Assembly: GCA_030747695.1 (NCBI GenBank)
Contig: JASLKG010000005.1
Location: forward strand, 24,599 to 88,598
Direction of reading: 5' to 3'
Length of the DNA: 64,000 nt
DNA from: Candidatus Poseidoniaceae archaeon
Lineage (GTDB): Archaea; Thermoplasmatota; Poseidoniia; Poseidoniales; Poseidoniaceae
Shown here: positions 40,555-50,132 of the stretch, piece after piece
How the letters are laid out: every line of letters begins with the position of its first letter
How positions within the stretch are numbered: the first letter of the stretch is position 1
Position numbers and translations under genes: made by a program
The notes under the pieces: generated by a model
What the model was told of the DNA's origin: nothing
Seen by the model: the letters and a program-made list of their open reading frames with translations, nothing else
Databases searched by the model: none

Positions 40555-40986
40555 GTGAAATCGAGAATGGCCAGAATTCATGCCGACCCGGTCAGCACTG
40601 CACTAATGCATCCAACAAGGAGAGCACTATACGTCGCCCTTCTTGGAGCAGACGAATATACTACTGTGCAGTTACAAAAATTGGTTGATGTTGATCGCTA
40701 CAACCTTTACCATCATCTTCGTAAATTAGAGAAACTTGGATTGGTTATGAATCATCGAGATCAAGGTAGAACACGTTGGTGGTGCGTGATGGATAGAGTT
40801 CCTCTGCCGACTGATGGCGCAAATTCAGAATCAGACAATACCATCGCCTCAATCGATTTATCTAATCCTCGGGTTCAAGCTGCGGCAAGAAATATGTTGC
40901 GAGAATTATCAACCTTATCAGGAAATACTCTTGATTTAGAATCAACAACTTTAGAGAGCCTGGAAATAACTGGACGTAGAAAGTAA
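40555..40986 (+). CDS. ArsR-like winged helix-turn-helix regulator
   Basis: ALMHPTRRAL...LYHHLRKLEKLGLV. Confidence 0.85.
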   Translation: MKSRMARIHADPVSTALMHPTRRALYVALLGADEYTTVQLQKLVDVDRYNLYHHLRKLEKLGLVMNHRDQGRTRWWCVMDRVPLPTDGANSESDNTIASIDLSNPRVQAAARNMLRELSTLSGNTLDLESTTLESLEITGRRK

Positions 40987-41019
40987 ATCTAGAAAGAAAT
41001 TCAAGGAAGGGGTATAGCA

Positions 41020-41418
41020 ATGTCGGATGAAGAGATGGCAGGTATTGAATCTAGAATAGCTCCTCCTGATTTAACTTGTCCACGTTGTAAGAATTTGTTA
41101 CCCAGTGGCTTGGGAGAATTAGTATGTTCAATGTGTAAAGCAGAAGTGAAAGTAGAACATGAAATAACGCGGAAAAAATGGCGCGAGGAAAAAGTAAGTT
41201 GCCCCGAGTGTTCAAAAGTACTAGTTTGTGGAGTTGACCAAAGACCAACTAATTTACAATGTGCAGCTTGCAAGTCACATTTTGTATTGAAACCACATCG
41301 TCCAAAAATAGAAGTCTCTTGTCCATCTTGTGAAAGGAAACTACGGATGAATAAGAAACCAGGTAAAAGAGAGATTCAATGTCCAGCATGCCAAGTAGAA
41401 TTTAGAATAAGTTTTTGA
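41020..41418 (+). CDS. Multi zinc-ribbon protein
   Basis: Six CxxC motifs (CPRC, CSMC, CPEC, CAAC, CPSC, CPAC). Confidence 0.85.
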   Translation: MSDEEMAGIESRIAPPDLTCPRCKNLLPSGLGELVCSMCKAEVKVEHEITRKKWREEKVSCPECSKVLVCGVDQRPTNLQCAACKSHFVLKPHRPKIEVSCPSCERKLRMNKKPGKREIQCPACQVEFRISF

Positions 41419-41427
41419 GGTTTCAAT

Positions 41428-42315
41428 ATGAAAACAACCTTTCGAATGATGGGATTGGCGGATTACATTACAATTTGTAATGGATTATTAGGCGTGATGG
41501 CTATTGTATTCATCCTTCTAGCTGTTGACGATATGAGTGAACCATATTATCAAGGAGGATTATTGACTGATTATATTTGGTGGGCTATGCTTTGTATTTT
41601 GCTATCTGCATTTGGAGATATCATCGATGGCCCAATTGCAAGGAGATGGTCAAAACAACAAATTTTGGGAGGATCTTTAGACATAATGTCTGATTGCGTT
41701 TCATTTTGTGTAGCACCAGCAATTATGATTTTTGCAATGTTTGGGAGAATGGGTGAAGCAACACCACTTTGGACATTCATGTTAGCGGTTTCATGTTTTT
41801 GGATAATCGCTTGTGGCATGTTGAGACTATCGCGCTTCCAACACGAAAAGGGAGGCGACGTGAATTATTTTAATGGCCTCTCAACACCTGCTAGCGCTAT
41901 GTTATTACTTTCAGCAGCAGGATTAATCTGGCTCCAACCCTCATCTGGAATTGGACCAGAAATTTCTTCATGGGAATGCAATATTTGCTGGGGCTCGGGT
42001 AAAGATAAACCATATTTTGATTTTATATTACTACCTTTAATGTTTTTTTGTGGAGCAATGATGATATCTGATAGAAAAATGTCGAAATTAAAAAGTAGAA
42101 TGTTACTTAGACTTTCGATGATACAATTTATATCAATTTTATTTGGAATTATACATGCCTTAACATTGACACATAGCAAAGATGCTGCAGAAGATCTTTC
42201 AGGAACGTCTTTTACAATATTTTTGTTTACAGTTTCCTTTGTAATGACGTTTCTTTATATTGTCGGAGGGCCTAAGTTTGTCGATATTGAAAATACTTTA
42301 CAAATGGAAGATTAA
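41428..42315 (+). CDS. pssA: CDP-alcohol phosphatidyltransferase (archaetidylserine synthase-like)
   Basis: DIIDGPIAR...LGGSLDIMSDCVSFCVAP, LRLSRF, FNGLSTP. Confidence 0.85.
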   Translation: MKTTFRMMGLADYITICNGLLGVMAIVFILLAVDDMSEPYYQGGLLTDYIWWAMLCILLSAFGDIIDGPIARRWSKQQILGGSLDIMSDCVSFCVAPAIMIFAMFGRMGEATPLWTFMLAVSCFWIIACGMLRLSRFQHEKGGDVNYFNGLSTPASAMLLLSAAGLIWLQPSSGIGPEISSWECNICWGSGKDKPYFDFILLPLMFFCGAMMISDRKMSKLKSRMLLRLSMIQFISILFGIIHALTLTHSKDAAEDLSGTSFTIFLFTVSFVMTFLYIVGGPKFVDIENTLQMED

Positions 42316-42416
42316 TGGCGAACCTCAACTGTCGGATAAATCGCATTGTAAGGGTAGTATTGAAGCGCGCCCCTTATCTATCATAAGAAATCCATCAGGG
42401 TTTGGATGGGGATCCT

Positions 42417-44918
42417 ATGAGTGTTAGCGAAAGCAGGATAATAGCAGGTGAAGGTTTGCGTAAATCGGAGTCAACCGATCAACCGAACCTCTCAAGTTTA
42501 CGATCACAATTCACGTCTACCTCATCCCCATCTTTGGACCAGACTCTAATGCAAAGCTCTAGATTTAGAGAAGAAGAAAGATTGCGCGCAAGTTTAAGGC
42601 GCGATCAGAAAATGCGTAAACAGGCTCTAGCAGAGCGCATTTCATTGATGCAAGAAAACATGGCTAGTGACATGGCTCGTCAACACGAATTAACACTTGA
42701 CGCTCTTGAAAACGATTTGCGTACCCAAATGGAAGAAGAACTATCACATTTAGAATCAGAAACACTTACTCGCGAAGAAGTTAGATTGAAGGAAATGCAT
42801 GAAATGCGTTTGCAAAGAGAAGTAGAATCTCTTAGAGAGTCATTGGAAATCGAACAAGATCGTAAGTTAGAGGACCATCGTTCTGCGGTAATCGCTCAAC
42901 TTGAGGATCAATTATCTGAAGAACATCGCCGTAAACTTTCATTCCAACGTGAAAGAATGGAAATTGAATTCAACCAATCACTCCAGTCTAGGATACGTGA
43001 TCTGGAAGCAACAATCCAGGAAGAAATGTCTGATAGATTTAGTCAATTGGAATCTAATGAGATATCTCGATTAGAAGAATCCCAGTCGCAAAAACTTGCA
43101 GAAAGAGAAGAATCACTACGTAGAGGTATTCGAACGCGTTTAGAACAACAACTAAAATTACGTCTCAAACAAAGAGAAGCAAGTATGCGTGCAGAATATG
43201 AACGCCGCAGTTTACGTCTTGAAGAGGACATTGCAGCATCAATTCAAGAAGAACTTGAAGGTAGATTACGTGGCGAAACTGAAGAACTTGAAGATAGAAT
43301 GAGGCAGGATGTTGAATTAGCAGTTTCACGTCGAAGAGAGGAATTGCGCGTGGAAATAGAAAGACAACTCGAAGAACGAAATAGCGAAAAATTGTCAGAG
43401 CGCAAAGGCCATCTTCGTGAGAAATATGATCTTACTTTTTCAAAAGCAGTTGACGACATTTCAAAATCTTTGGAGAAAGAGATTGAGGCAGAACTTGAAG
43501 CACGTATGGATCAAGAATTTGCATCTTATCGTAATGCCAGGGAAGCAGAAATTCAAAATCGTTTGGCACGCTTCCGCTATGAAAGAGAAAATGAACTACG
43601 TGAGCAACTTGGTCAACGTTACGAAGGTAAGAAGACTGAATGGTCAGAGCGCCTAGAATTAGAGTTTAACTCAAGGGAAAGTGCTGCACGTAAAGCAATA
43701 ATGTCTGAGATTGATGGACGTCTACGCAATGAAAGAATTACACATGAAACTGATTTAGATCTCTTGAAGGAAGAGACAATACTCGAACTTGAAGTTGAGA
43801 TGGAAGATAGATTATCTGAATTCCGCTCACGTAAAGAAGATGAAGTGGCCACTCAACTTGAAAGACAATTGGACAAGCGTGAAGAAATTATGCGCAATAA
43901 GGCCCTAATCGAAGTACGTAAGCGTGAAGCAAATATCCGAGGTGAAATAGAAGCACAACTCGGTGTAAAGAGGGCAGAAATCCGGGATAGATTATCAAGC
44001 TTAACTCAACAAATGGATGACTTCCGTAATATGGCTGAAGCTAAGATGAGAGAATCAATCGAGGGCAAAGTACAATCTGAGATTGAATCAGAAGAACTTA
44101 GACTCAAAGAGCAAGAAGATGAATTTGTAGATTTACAATCTCAGGATGCAAGAATGGAAAAGAAACAATCTTGGTTGCAAGCAATTTCCGGAAAAGGTAC
44201 TGCAGCGCAACAACCTCAGATGGGAATAGATCCAACTGCATTAGGAGCCCGTACAACTATCGCAGGAAGTATGGCCGGGAGGCAACCACGTGGAGCACTT
44301 GCTGAAGCAAAAGCACAGCACATGCCATCTATGGGGTTAGCTGGAATGAGGGCTCCCCAGTCAGCAGCAAAGTCACTTAGTGGGACACTCCCTGTCCCTA
44401 AACCAATCAAAGCACCAATTGGTGGAATGGCAAAACCATTGAAACAAGGAATTCCATTACCACAACCTATCCATCAAAAGGTAGTGAGTCCACCAACAAT
44501 TTCAGAAGAACTTCCTGAAGAGGTTGTATTGGAGACTGAAACTGTAGAACCAGTAACAGAGGAAATTCCTCAAGAGGAAACCGTAGAGGTTGCTGAGGAA
44601 GTACAGATAGACGAAATTGATGAGACATTCGATGAGGTAATGGAAGATGCGATTGAAGAAGAATTATCAGAACCATCTTCTGCATTATTAAATCCAATTA
44701 AGACTCTAAACGTTTCTGGAATGTCAGAGCCATCAATACTCAAACCGGTTGAAAGTATGGTTTTGACCCCAGCTAAGAGGCGCGGGCCTCCTCCATCATC
44801 AGCTCCGGGGCAGAAACCTGGTCAAGAAAAGGCAACACTGAGGCCAGTTTCCACGTTGACACCAGTAAAAGATCCGGTTTCAATAATAGAGACAATTGAT
44901 GGCGATGAAGAAGATTGA
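42417..44918 (+). CDS. Long Glu/Arg-rich coiled-coil protein with Pro-rich and acidic tail
   Basis: About 560 proline-free E/R/L-rich residues; no Walker motifs or TM. Confidence 0.85.
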   Translation: MSVSESRIIAGEGLRKSESTDQPNLSSLRSQFTSTSSPSLDQTLMQSSRFREEERLRASLRRDQKMRKQALAERISLMQENMASDMARQHELTLDALENDLRTQMEEELSHLESETLTREEVRLKEMHEMRLQREVESLRESLEIEQDRKLEDHRSAVIAQLEDQLSEEHRRKLSFQRERMEIEFNQSLQSRIRDLEATIQEEMSDRFSQLESNEISRLEESQSQKLAEREESLRRGIRTRLEQQLKLRLKQREASMRAEYERRSLRLEEDIAASIQEELEGRLRGETEELEDRMRQDVELAVSRRREELRVEIERQLEERNSEKLSERKGHLREKYDLTFSKAVDDISKSLEKEIEAELEARMDQEFASYRNAREAEIQNRLARFRYERENELREQLGQRYEGKKTEWSERLELEFNSRESAARKAIMSEIDGRLRNERITHETDLDLLKEETILELEVEMEDRLSEFRSRKEDEVATQLERQLDKREEIMRNKALIEVRKREANIRGEIEAQLGVKRAEIRDRLSSLTQQMDDFRNMAEAKMRESIEGKVQSEIESEELRLKEQEDEFVDLQSQDARMEKKQSWLQAISGKGTAAQQPQMGIDPTALGARTTIAGSMAGRQPRGALAEAKAQHMPSMGLAGMRAPQSAAKSLSGTLPVPKPIKAPIGGMAKPLKQGIPLPQPIHQKVVSPPTISEELPEEVVLETETVEPVTEEIPQEETVEVAEEVQIDEIDETFDEVMEDAIEEELSEPSSALLNPIKTLNVSGMSEPSILKPVESMVLTPAKRRGPPPSSAPGQKPGQEKATLRPVSTLTPVKDPVSIIETIDGDEED

Positions 44919-44972
44919 GTACAAGAACGATACTCCGAGCCCTTGATAGTACAGTGTATTGTCCCGAGTTCT

Positions 44973-47408
44973 ATGAGGAAAGCAGTAGCATTCCTTCTGG
45001 CTTTACTAATGATACCATTTGCATCTTCAGTAAGTGCAGAAAGTAATTTGTTAGAAGTTGGGATTGTTGATACTATAGACAGCAAATTAGTTCACATCTC
45101 ATTTTCATCAGAATCTACAGTTGTAACACTAACAGAAGATGGAAATTTGTCAGAACACTTTTGGGGCAGTGGGGAATTAATCACACAATGGTCTATCGAA
45201 TTAAATATAACAGCAAGAGCAGCATCATCGGATTCAACAGGACTGCAATATGCTGTTGCTCATAATGGCGGCGTTTATGTAATTAATATGGAACTAAGAA
45301 TTGCAATCAGAAATTATACAACAAACAATGTTGTAGATCAAGTTGAATGGGATAGTGAAGGAGATCTTTGGTTTGGACATTATGGTGGTGAACGTAGGGC
45401 AAAGGAATATGACGAAACAATGCACACCTCCTTCAAAACAGAGAATCACAACACAGCATTGACTTCAATGACAATATTGTCGGAAGATAGAATCGCCACG
45501 GGTGGACGTGATAATTTAGTAAAAATTCATGAGAAAGATGGGACCCTTTCACGTTCAATTGCAGATTTCTCTTCTTATCCGACAATACTTGAAAGAGATT
45601 CAAATGGAAATATGATTGTTGGTTGTGCAAATGGAAAATTGTACCGCTATGATACTTCAGATTGGTCTTATGAAGAGATGACAATTTCAAGTACACAGTC
45701 GATTAATTCAATTACGTTTGATAATGGTGGAGATTTATTTGTCGGAACTTCTAATGGTAATTTACATGTTGTTGATGTAAATAATTTCACGGAACAGGAT
45801 GCGTACTCTTCTCCAGGCAAAGTAATGATGGCTGCATATGGAGTAGATGGCGAATTATTCATTGTGTCAGCATTTACAACTTCTACTAAAATACGTTTGT
45901 TTGATTTGGATAGTGACTCTGATGGAGTTACAGACACCCTCGATGCATTCCCAAACGATAGCACCCAAAATCTCGACACAGATGGCGATGGTTATGGCGA
46001 TTCAGCAACCGGAAATAATCCAGATAGATTTCCCTTAGATGAAACACAATGGGTCGATACGGATGGCGATGGGTATGGAGATAATCCAACTGGCAATAAC
46101 TCAGATGCCTTCCCAAGCAATCCAAATCAATGGCAAGATTCAGATGGCGATGGTTATGGCGATATTAGTAACGCCGAACAAGGTGACAGATATCCCGATG
46201 ATCCTAATGAATGGGTAGATAGCGATTCAGATGGAATCGGAGATAACGGTGATGATTGCCCCACAATTAATGGTTTTTCAACTGAAGATCGGCAAGGTTG
46301 CAAAGATTCGGATAATGATGGCTATTCAGATCCTGATGATGATTGGAGCATAGATGATGGAGCAGACTCAGATATTTCAGATAAATCACAATGGGAAGAT
46401 AGAGATGGCGATGGATATGGGGATAATCTCACAGGTTACCGCCCAGATAGTTGCCCACTTGAAGCAGGCAATTCAACTAAGGCATGGATGCCTACCCTTT
46501 CTGAAGATGGAAATTTATCTCTTGAGTTTACAATCCAAGATAAATATGGATGCTTAGATACAGATGGCGATGGATTCTATGATTTTGGAGATCAATTGCC
46601 AAATGATGCATCGGATTATTCAGATGCCGATGGCGATGGAATTGGTGCAAAGAATGACTATAATGATTCAAATTCAGCAATACAAACACGTGATCAGCAT
46701 TGTGAAATGATTGTTTCAGATAACTCTGAATATTGTCAAGGTACAAGAGATATGGATTATCAAAATTATGTCAAAGAACAGGACGAATCAGGAGAATATG
46801 CAGTGACATATGGTTCATGGAAGAGTTCAAGAATTGCTAATGAAGCAGAAGGGGATAAAACAGATCAATATCTCGAAACAGCTACAGAAATATTACCGAT
46901 GTTAGGCATTGGATTTGCTGCAATAATAGGTGTATTGTTAATTTATGCAGGTATTAACAAAGCACGCCGTCGACGCGCTCTTGTGAAAACATATGGGGTG
47001 CCATTTGTACCATCTGAAAACTCAGCTGAAAAGGAAGCACTAGAAGGACGAGCAGGCCTTTCCGCAAAGGGTGGAGTGGATAGTGACAAACTTTGGGAAG
47101 ATGAAGTTGAACCAATGGAGTTAGAAGGAGATGATGGCGAAATGCTTGGAGATGGATTTGGAGACATAGAATTGAAAAGTGAAGATTCAATGTCTGATAA
47201 TGAGGATATAATGGAAGAGGAGTCTTCAATTGAAGAATTAGCTGGACTTCCAGAACCAACATCACAGTCAGACGATTCTGAATTAGAATCTATTGTTCAG
47301 GAAGCCCCTGAAGCCCCTCCTTTGCCTCCAGAAGGATTGCCCGAAGGATGGACAATGGATCAATGGCAATGGTATGGAGCCGAGTGGCTTGCCAAAAGTA
47401 ACAAATGA
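44973..47408 (+). CDS. Surface protein: beta-propeller + thrombospondin type-3 Ca-binding repeats + TM + acidic tail
   Basis: Signal peptide; WD40-like blades (ATGGRDNLVKI); DxDGDGYGD repeats; TM; C-terminal PPLPPEGLPEGWTMDQW. Confidence 0.88.
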   Translation: MRKAVAFLLALLMIPFASSVSAESNLLEVGIVDTIDSKLVHISFSSESTVVTLTEDGNLSEHFWGSGELITQWSIELNITARAASSDSTGLQYAVAHNGGVYVINMELRIAIRNYTTNNVVDQVEWDSEGDLWFGHYGGERRAKEYDETMHTSFKTENHNTALTSMTILSEDRIATGGRDNLVKIHEKDGTLSRSIADFSSYPTILERDSNGNMIVGCANGKLYRYDTSDWSYEEMTISSTQSINSITFDNGGDLFVGTSNGNLHVVDVNNFTEQDAYSSPGKVMMAAYGVDGELFIVSAFTTSTKIRLFDLDSDSDGVTDTLDAFPNDSTQNLDTDGDGYGDSATGNNPDRFPLDETQWVDTDGDGYGDNPTGNNSDAFPSNPNQWQDSDGDGYGDISNAEQGDRYPDDPNEWVDSDSDGIGDNGDDCPTINGFSTEDRQGCKDSDNDGYSDPDDDWSIDDGADSDISDKSQWEDRDGDGYGDNLTGYRPDSCPLEAGNSTKAWMPTLSEDGNLSLEFTIQDKYGCLDTDGDGFYDFGDQLPNDASDYSDADGDGIGAKNDYNDSNSAIQTRDQHCEMIVSDNSEYCQGTRDMDYQNYVKEQDESGEYAVTYGSWKSSRIANEAEGDKTDQYLETATEILPMLGIGFAAIIGVLLIYAGINKARRRRALVKTYGVPFVPSENSAEKEALEGRAGLSAKGGVDSDKLWEDEVEPMELEGDDGEMLGDGFGDIELKSEDSMSDNEDIMEEESSIEELAGLPEPTSQSDDSELESIVQEAPEAPPLPPEGLPEGWTMDQWQWYGAEWLAKSNK
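45905..46680 (+). repeat. TSP3-like DxDGDGYGD coding repeats
   Basis: Repeated gatggcgatgg(t/g/a)tatgg units. Confidence 0.8.
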
Positions 47409-47412
47409 GCAA

Positions 47413-47673
47413 TTAATCTCTCCAAACAATTGGAAGACTATCTCGAAGTGTAAGTAATTCAGGGCCGGAATAAATAGGAGCACCGTCCAATTTTAGTGTG
47501 TTCATCACTAGCCACAAAATAGCGTTCCAACTTTTAGGTGATGCAAATAATTCAACCTCACCAAGAGTACCTTTGACCAAAATACGAGCAGCATCAGAAT
47601 TAGAATCAAAAATAGCATGAACTAAATCTTTAGTTGTGAATTTGTAACCATTTGGCCGCCATTCCATAACCAT
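47413..47673 (-). CDS. Small protein, degenerate PIN-like fold
   Basis: FTTKDLVHAIFDSNSDAARIL...GEVELFASP resembles PIN N-termini without the DTN motif; GGTGA SD. Confidence 0.55.
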   Translation of the reverse strand: MVMEWRPNGYKFTTKDLVHAIFDSNSDAARILVKGTLGEVELFASPKSWNAILWLVMNTLKLDGAPIYSGPELLTLRDSLPIVWRD

Positions 47674-47681
47674 AAAATCAC

Positions 47682-47924
47682 CTATACTTGGAATGGAGAG
47701 AGGTTGAGACGATCAACTAAATGTTCAGCACTAACGTCAGCATGTTCTTTCATTTGATTACGTAATTTGTCTAATTCTCCATTCATTTTTGCTAATTTAT
47801 GGGCGCGAACTAGATCAACAAGAAGCAAATCAATACTACGATAACCATCCATAGTACGTATGGTGTTTAGTTGCCTTCTTACTTCATAACTCACACTAAC
47901 GGAGGTCATACCTTCACCGGTCAT
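47682..47924 (-). CDS. Small ribbon-helix-helix-like DNA-binding protein
   Basis: TSVSVSYEVRRQL...GYRSIDLLLVDLV strand-helix-helix pattern followed by an amphipathic helix. Confidence 0.6.
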   Translation of the reverse strand: MTGEGMTSVSVSYEVRRQLNTIRTMDGYRSIDLLLVDLVRAHKLAKMNGELDKLRNQMKEHADVSAEHLVDRLNLSPFQV

Positions 47925-47988
47925 AAAACCCTTTGAGCCCTGCAACTACTTGAATAAAGCGTATTACTATGTCAATATAGAGTCGATT

Positions 47989-48954
47989 TTAGAGGCGACC
48001 TTGTTTTTCCAATAGTAATCGGGGGTGCTCAGTTACTCCGAATTCTCTGCGCATTTCATGCACACGATTGTGAAATTCTCTAGTTAACGACCAGTACTCT
48101 CTGCTACCTGCTCCTGCTCCAGTACCTGATGGTTTATTCAAAATCACAGTTGGGGCACCAGTCCATGCAGCTTCAGCAACTTTAGCCAATCTTCGGATTG
48201 GTGTTTTGAAAACCTTCCTTGGAATTTTGGAGTGTACTTCATTGCAAACATGCATTGAAAGTTTACTACGTTGATCAACCATCGTCATTGCTACGCCAAA
48301 AATCTTGAGATTTCTATTTATTCTCTTTTGAATCATTTTGACTGAATTCATCAACATACTAAATCCTTCAAGGGCATAATACTCTGCTTGTACTGGGATG
48401 AAAACCCAATTCGCCGCACATAGTGCATTTATTGATAGCAAGCCAAGTGAAGGAGGAGTATCGATGATTATATGATCAAATTGTTCAATAATTGGTTCTA
48501 GAGCTTCACGTAATCTAGTTTCACGCCCGATTCTATGACTCAATTCAATCTCTGCGCCCGAGAGATGAATGTCACTTGGTAGTAACCATAAATTTTGAAT
48601 TGATAAATCACTAGGCACACGTTTAGACTCATTTCTTTTTGTCCAGGCTCGTTGCATAGACTCAGTTAATTGGCCTGGACTAATCAAATATTCTTCAAGC
48701 AGTGGCAAATCTTCACCAGAATCATTCACTAGTAAATCATATGCAGTTTTTCGTATTCGTTTTTTCTCTACTCCAAACGAAGTTGCACAATTTCCTTGCG
48801 GGTCTAAATCGATTAGTAGTACTTTAGCAGGAGGGATTTTGAATTTTGGATTCCCTTTAGCAAGGGCAGCTGCTAAATTTACAGCAGTGGTTGTTTTTGC
48901 ACATCCTCCTTTTTGATTTGCTACAGCAACGACCATTTTGTATGGATTCAACAA
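47989..48954 (-). CDS. parA: ParA/Soj family ATPase
   Basis: NQKGGCAKTTT, IDLDPQGN, IIDTPPSLG, PVQAEYYALEG; GGAGGTG SD before TTG. Confidence 0.93.
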   Translation of the reverse strand: MLNPYKMVVAVANQKGGCAKTTTAVNLAAALAKGNPKFKIPPAKVLLIDLDPQGNCATSFGVEKKRIRKTAYDLLVNDSGEDLPLLEEYLISPGQLTESMQRAWTKRNESKRVPSDLSIQNLWLLPSDIHLSGAEIELSHRIGRETRLREALEPIIEQFDHIIIDTPPSLGLLSINALCAANWVFIPVQAEYYALEGFSMLMNSVKMIQKRINRNLKIFGVAMTMVDQRSKLSMHVCNEVHSKIPRKVFKTPIRRLAKVAEAAWTGAPTVILNKPSGTGAGAGSREYWSLTREFHNRVHEMRREFGVTEHPRLLLEKQGRL

Positions 48955-48981
48955 CTACACCTCCTAGGGCGGATATATGCC

Positions 48982-49004
48982 TTGACAGAGTCACCCTCTG
49001 TAAA
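48982..49004. promoter_or_regulatory. Inverted repeat in the parA promoter region
   Basis: TTgACAGAG-TCACC-CTCTGTaAA. Confidence 0.4.
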
Positions 49005-49026
49005 ACATCGCATTATTTGCGAACAA

Positions 49027-50034
49027 TCAACCTTGTTGAATGACAGGTACTGGAACTTCAGATAGGATTTTACGAACAATATGCATACCCGTAATTCCAC
49101 GAATTTTTGCTTCAGGCTTCATTACAATTCTGTGAGATATAATTTGTAGAGCAATTCCTTTGATATCATCAGGGATTACATAATCTCTAGCATCTATTGC
49201 AGCAGCCGCTCTTCCTGTTTTGAATAAAGATTGACTAGCACGAGGTGATGCCCCATTAACCACACGATGGTCTTCCCGAGTTCTTTGTACAATTTCTACA
49301 ATGTATGACAAAATTGCAGGGTCAACGTGTACTGTTTCTAGGGCCTTTTGCATTGCAACAACCTTTTTTGGAGAAGTAATTTGTTCAACGTCATGCGCAT
49401 CCTTTCCACGAAGTTTTCTTCTAGCGAGAATTGCTTTTTCTTCTGCTCTATCAGGGTACCCCATACTCATTTTCATTAGGAAACGGTCCATTTGAGCTTC
49501 AGGTAGAGGGTATGTTCCTTCTTGCTCAATTGGATTTTGAGTGGCTAATACAACGAAAGGTGCAGGTAGTTTGTGTGTTATACCTTCAATTGTAACTTGC
49601 TTTTCTTCCATTGCTTCAAGCAGGGCAGCTTGCGTTTTTGGTGGTGCTCGGTTAATTTCGTCCGCTAATAGAATATTTGAGAAAAGAGGCCCAGCTCGTA
49701 GTTTGAACTCACCAGATTTTTGATCATACATGTATGTACCCATAATGTCTGAAGGCAATAGATCTGGTGTAAATTGAACACGCTTAAATTTACATCCCAG
49801 TGCACGAGCAAATGTGTTTGCCAACAATGTTTTTGCTAGTCCTGGAAAATCTTCCAATAACATGTTTCCATTAGATAGGATTCCAACAGTTACACGACGT
49901 AAATTTTCATTCTTACCTATGATTACTTTGGACACTTCACCCATTAGGGTGTTTGCAATTGAGGATACAGTTGCAATGAGATCTTTTGTGCGATGATCAC
50001 CAGTTGGTGCGCTTGCTTGAAACCCTGCATTCAT
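49027..50034 (-). CDS. moxR: MoxR family AAA+ ATPase
   Basis: EDFPGLAKT, QFTPDLLPSD, DEINRAPPKTQ, NPIEQEGTYPLPEAQMDRF. Confidence 0.95.
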   Translation of the reverse strand: MNAGFQASAPTGDHRTKDLIATVSSIANTLMGEVSKVIIGKNENLRRVTVGILSNGNMLLEDFPGLAKTLLANTFARALGCKFKRVQFTPDLLPSDIMGTYMYDQKSGEFKLRAGPLFSNILLADEINRAPPKTQAALLEAMEEKQVTIEGITHKLPAPFVVLATQNPIEQEGTYPLPEAQMDRFLMKMSMGYPDRAEEKAILARRKLRGKDAHDVEQITSPKKVVAMQKALETVHVDPAILSYIVEIVQRTREDHRVVNGASPRASQSLFKTGRAAAAIDARDYVIPDDIKGIALQIISHRIVMKPEAKIRGITGMHIVRKILSEVPVPVIQQG

Positions 50035-50132
50035 GGTCGAATCCCCTGTGGTACAGACTGTAACCAAGAAGTTCCATACTTGAAGGTATTGTGTAAAAGA
50101 GTCTGGAGGTATCACGACGTCTAACGTTTTAG

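Noticed and set aside
42417-44918. SMC/Rad50 assignment
   Set aside because: No Walker A/B, signature motif, hinge or zinc hook.
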